Shown here: positions 62,484 to 64,000 of the stretch, piece after piece
How the letters are laid out: every line of letters begins with the position of its first letter
Numbering within the stretch: position 1 is the stretch's first letter
Source: Intoshia linei
Lineage: Eukaryota > Animalia > Orthonectida
Direction: 5' to 3'
Length of the DNA stretch: 64,000 nt
NCBI GenBank assembly: GCA_001642005.1
Contig: LWCA01000059.1
Coordinates: forward strand, 1,238-65,237
Made by a program: the position numbers and the translations under genes
Notes under the pieces: generated by a model
The model's database searches: none
The model's input: the letters and a program-made list of their open reading frames with translations, nothing else
What the model was told of the DNA's origin: nothing

Positions 62484-64000
62484 ATGAGTAATATTAACAT
62501 TACATTTTTCGATCAATCGAATCGCGTTTACAATAGGTAATTTAATAAAATTTGTAAATAATGTATAGTTTTGTTGCAAATAACAAAAAATTTGAATATG
62601 CTGGAAATACTAATCCCGACTCATTCAAATATTTTTTGAACAAAAAAATTATTAAAGTCGTTAGTGGAAAAGATTACATAGCTCTGTTGACTCAGGTTTG
62701 TAAAATAATGAATGGTTTTGATGTATTCATAGGATGGAGGTATTTGTCGCATTAAATTTACTGTAAAGGAAGCTATACCGTAATTTTAATATTTTACATA
62801 TTTAATATATTTGAAGACTCCCTTCAGAAAAAAGCGTTGGTATGGACTCGAGTTATTCAAATATATATGGACCTATCGTTATGAATGAGTAAATTTTTCT
62901 ATTCGCTAATTATACCTCATAATTAGAAGTATATCATCACCAATAGAAAATATTAGAAGACCTTTCAGATTTCGGCGTTTAATGCCCTATCGTGAATCTT
63001 TGCTTGATATAACTGTAGACAGAGGAAACAGAACAAATGCTTCGTCAATATCAGAATCTATCATTGACGAAGTTTGTTATTTTTATTACATTCACTATTT
63101 TTTAGGTTGCTACTATTTTACAAGGGAGGAATAGAGACTCTATTAGACGAGAATTACGACGAAGTGTAATTTTAATTATTTTGTTAATTAAATCATTTTT
63201 GGTAGGGTCTTGATGTTCACGTGGCAATAAATAACTTGTTAAGTAGAAACGATGAAGAAGAAGAACCGGAAGGTATATTCAACTTTAGAATTTTGTCTAA
63301 ATAATTTGAAATTTAGAAAACGAAAATTTTAATAATACAGTTTTTATTAATAGAAAAGATAAGAACTCGTTAATTCATTTCAAAGAACCAGTAGTGAGCG
63401 AAAATGTCACCTTTGATAAAAATATTAATTATATTTATTTCAACGATGTAAATTTTAATATTTACATTACATGTTTATATAATTTTAGAGTGATCCAAAT
63501 TTGGTAATTAATGATAAATTTGTATCTATCGCTGCTCTTTATTCGGAATTACTTATTTTAACGGAAAAAGGAAAATTGATTCAATGGAAGTGGGATGATA
63601 AAAAACCGTATACTGCAATTGATGGGTGTTTTGTATGATTATTTTATTAATTATACCGTACTTTTCGACTAAAATATTTTTACGCGAAAAGAATGTTTTG
63701 GGTAATAACGAATATAATAATTTACCTGTTTGATAATTAGTTAAACAATTTGCTTTCTTTCCCTCTTAAAATACCCATTTTATTAGATGAAAAAAGTCAT
63801 TCTCAATTTTAAATTATTTATTGTCTTTTAGAAAATGTATAGTCACCCAAAAGCAGAAATGTATCAACTGGATTCATATAAATTTGTATCTATAAAAGCT
63901 TGTCATATTCGGGCGGCTTGTCTAACGGACAAAAATCAGGTACATATACACTATTGGAAAAAAGTATTGCACAATTTGCACATTGTTAAATAAAAATGGA
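62484..64000 (+). CDS. UBR5: E3 ubiquitin ligase UBR5/hyd, 5' part (runs off window)
   Basis: ALLTQ|DGGICRIKF; UBA: VATILQGRNRDSIRRELRRS|GLDVHVAINNLLSRND; KFVSIAALYSELLILTEKGKLIQWKW. Confidence 0.9.

Overview
Very AT-rich eukaryotic (metazoan) genomic DNA with dense, intron-rich genes. Introns are either ~30-55 nt or inflated to 0.2-4 kb by DNA-transposon debris. The composition, tiny introns and divergent animal proteins resemble a reduced parasitic invertebrate such as the orthonectid Intoshia; this is inference, not verified. Genes in order: DDC (-), intronless PP2A-A scaffold (+), DRG1 (+), GAS2-family (-), MTRFR/C12orf65 (+), intronless NIP7 (+), two tandem ankyrin-asparaginases ASPG (-), SPOUT1 (-), LYAR (-), divergent nicastrin (+), three tandem adenosine kinases (-), PLPBP (-), and the 5' part of UBR5 (+). 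Non-coding DNA is a graveyard of nested hAT (Buster, Tip100, hATm), mariner, pogo, piggyBac and Merlin remnants/MITEs, several with intact TIRs and TSDs. Top observations: (1) one homologous ADK intron has a GT, GC or GA 5' splice site in the three paralogues; (2) LYAR appears to splice in-frame into SPOUT1, a candidate fusion gene; (3) extreme gene packing (6-35 nt between convergent stops, 41-93 nt between tandem genes), with a fossil SPOUT1 last exon carried upstream of the duplicated ASPG; (4) a hAT element that may carry captured exon-like DNA. Exon boundaries were read by eye.
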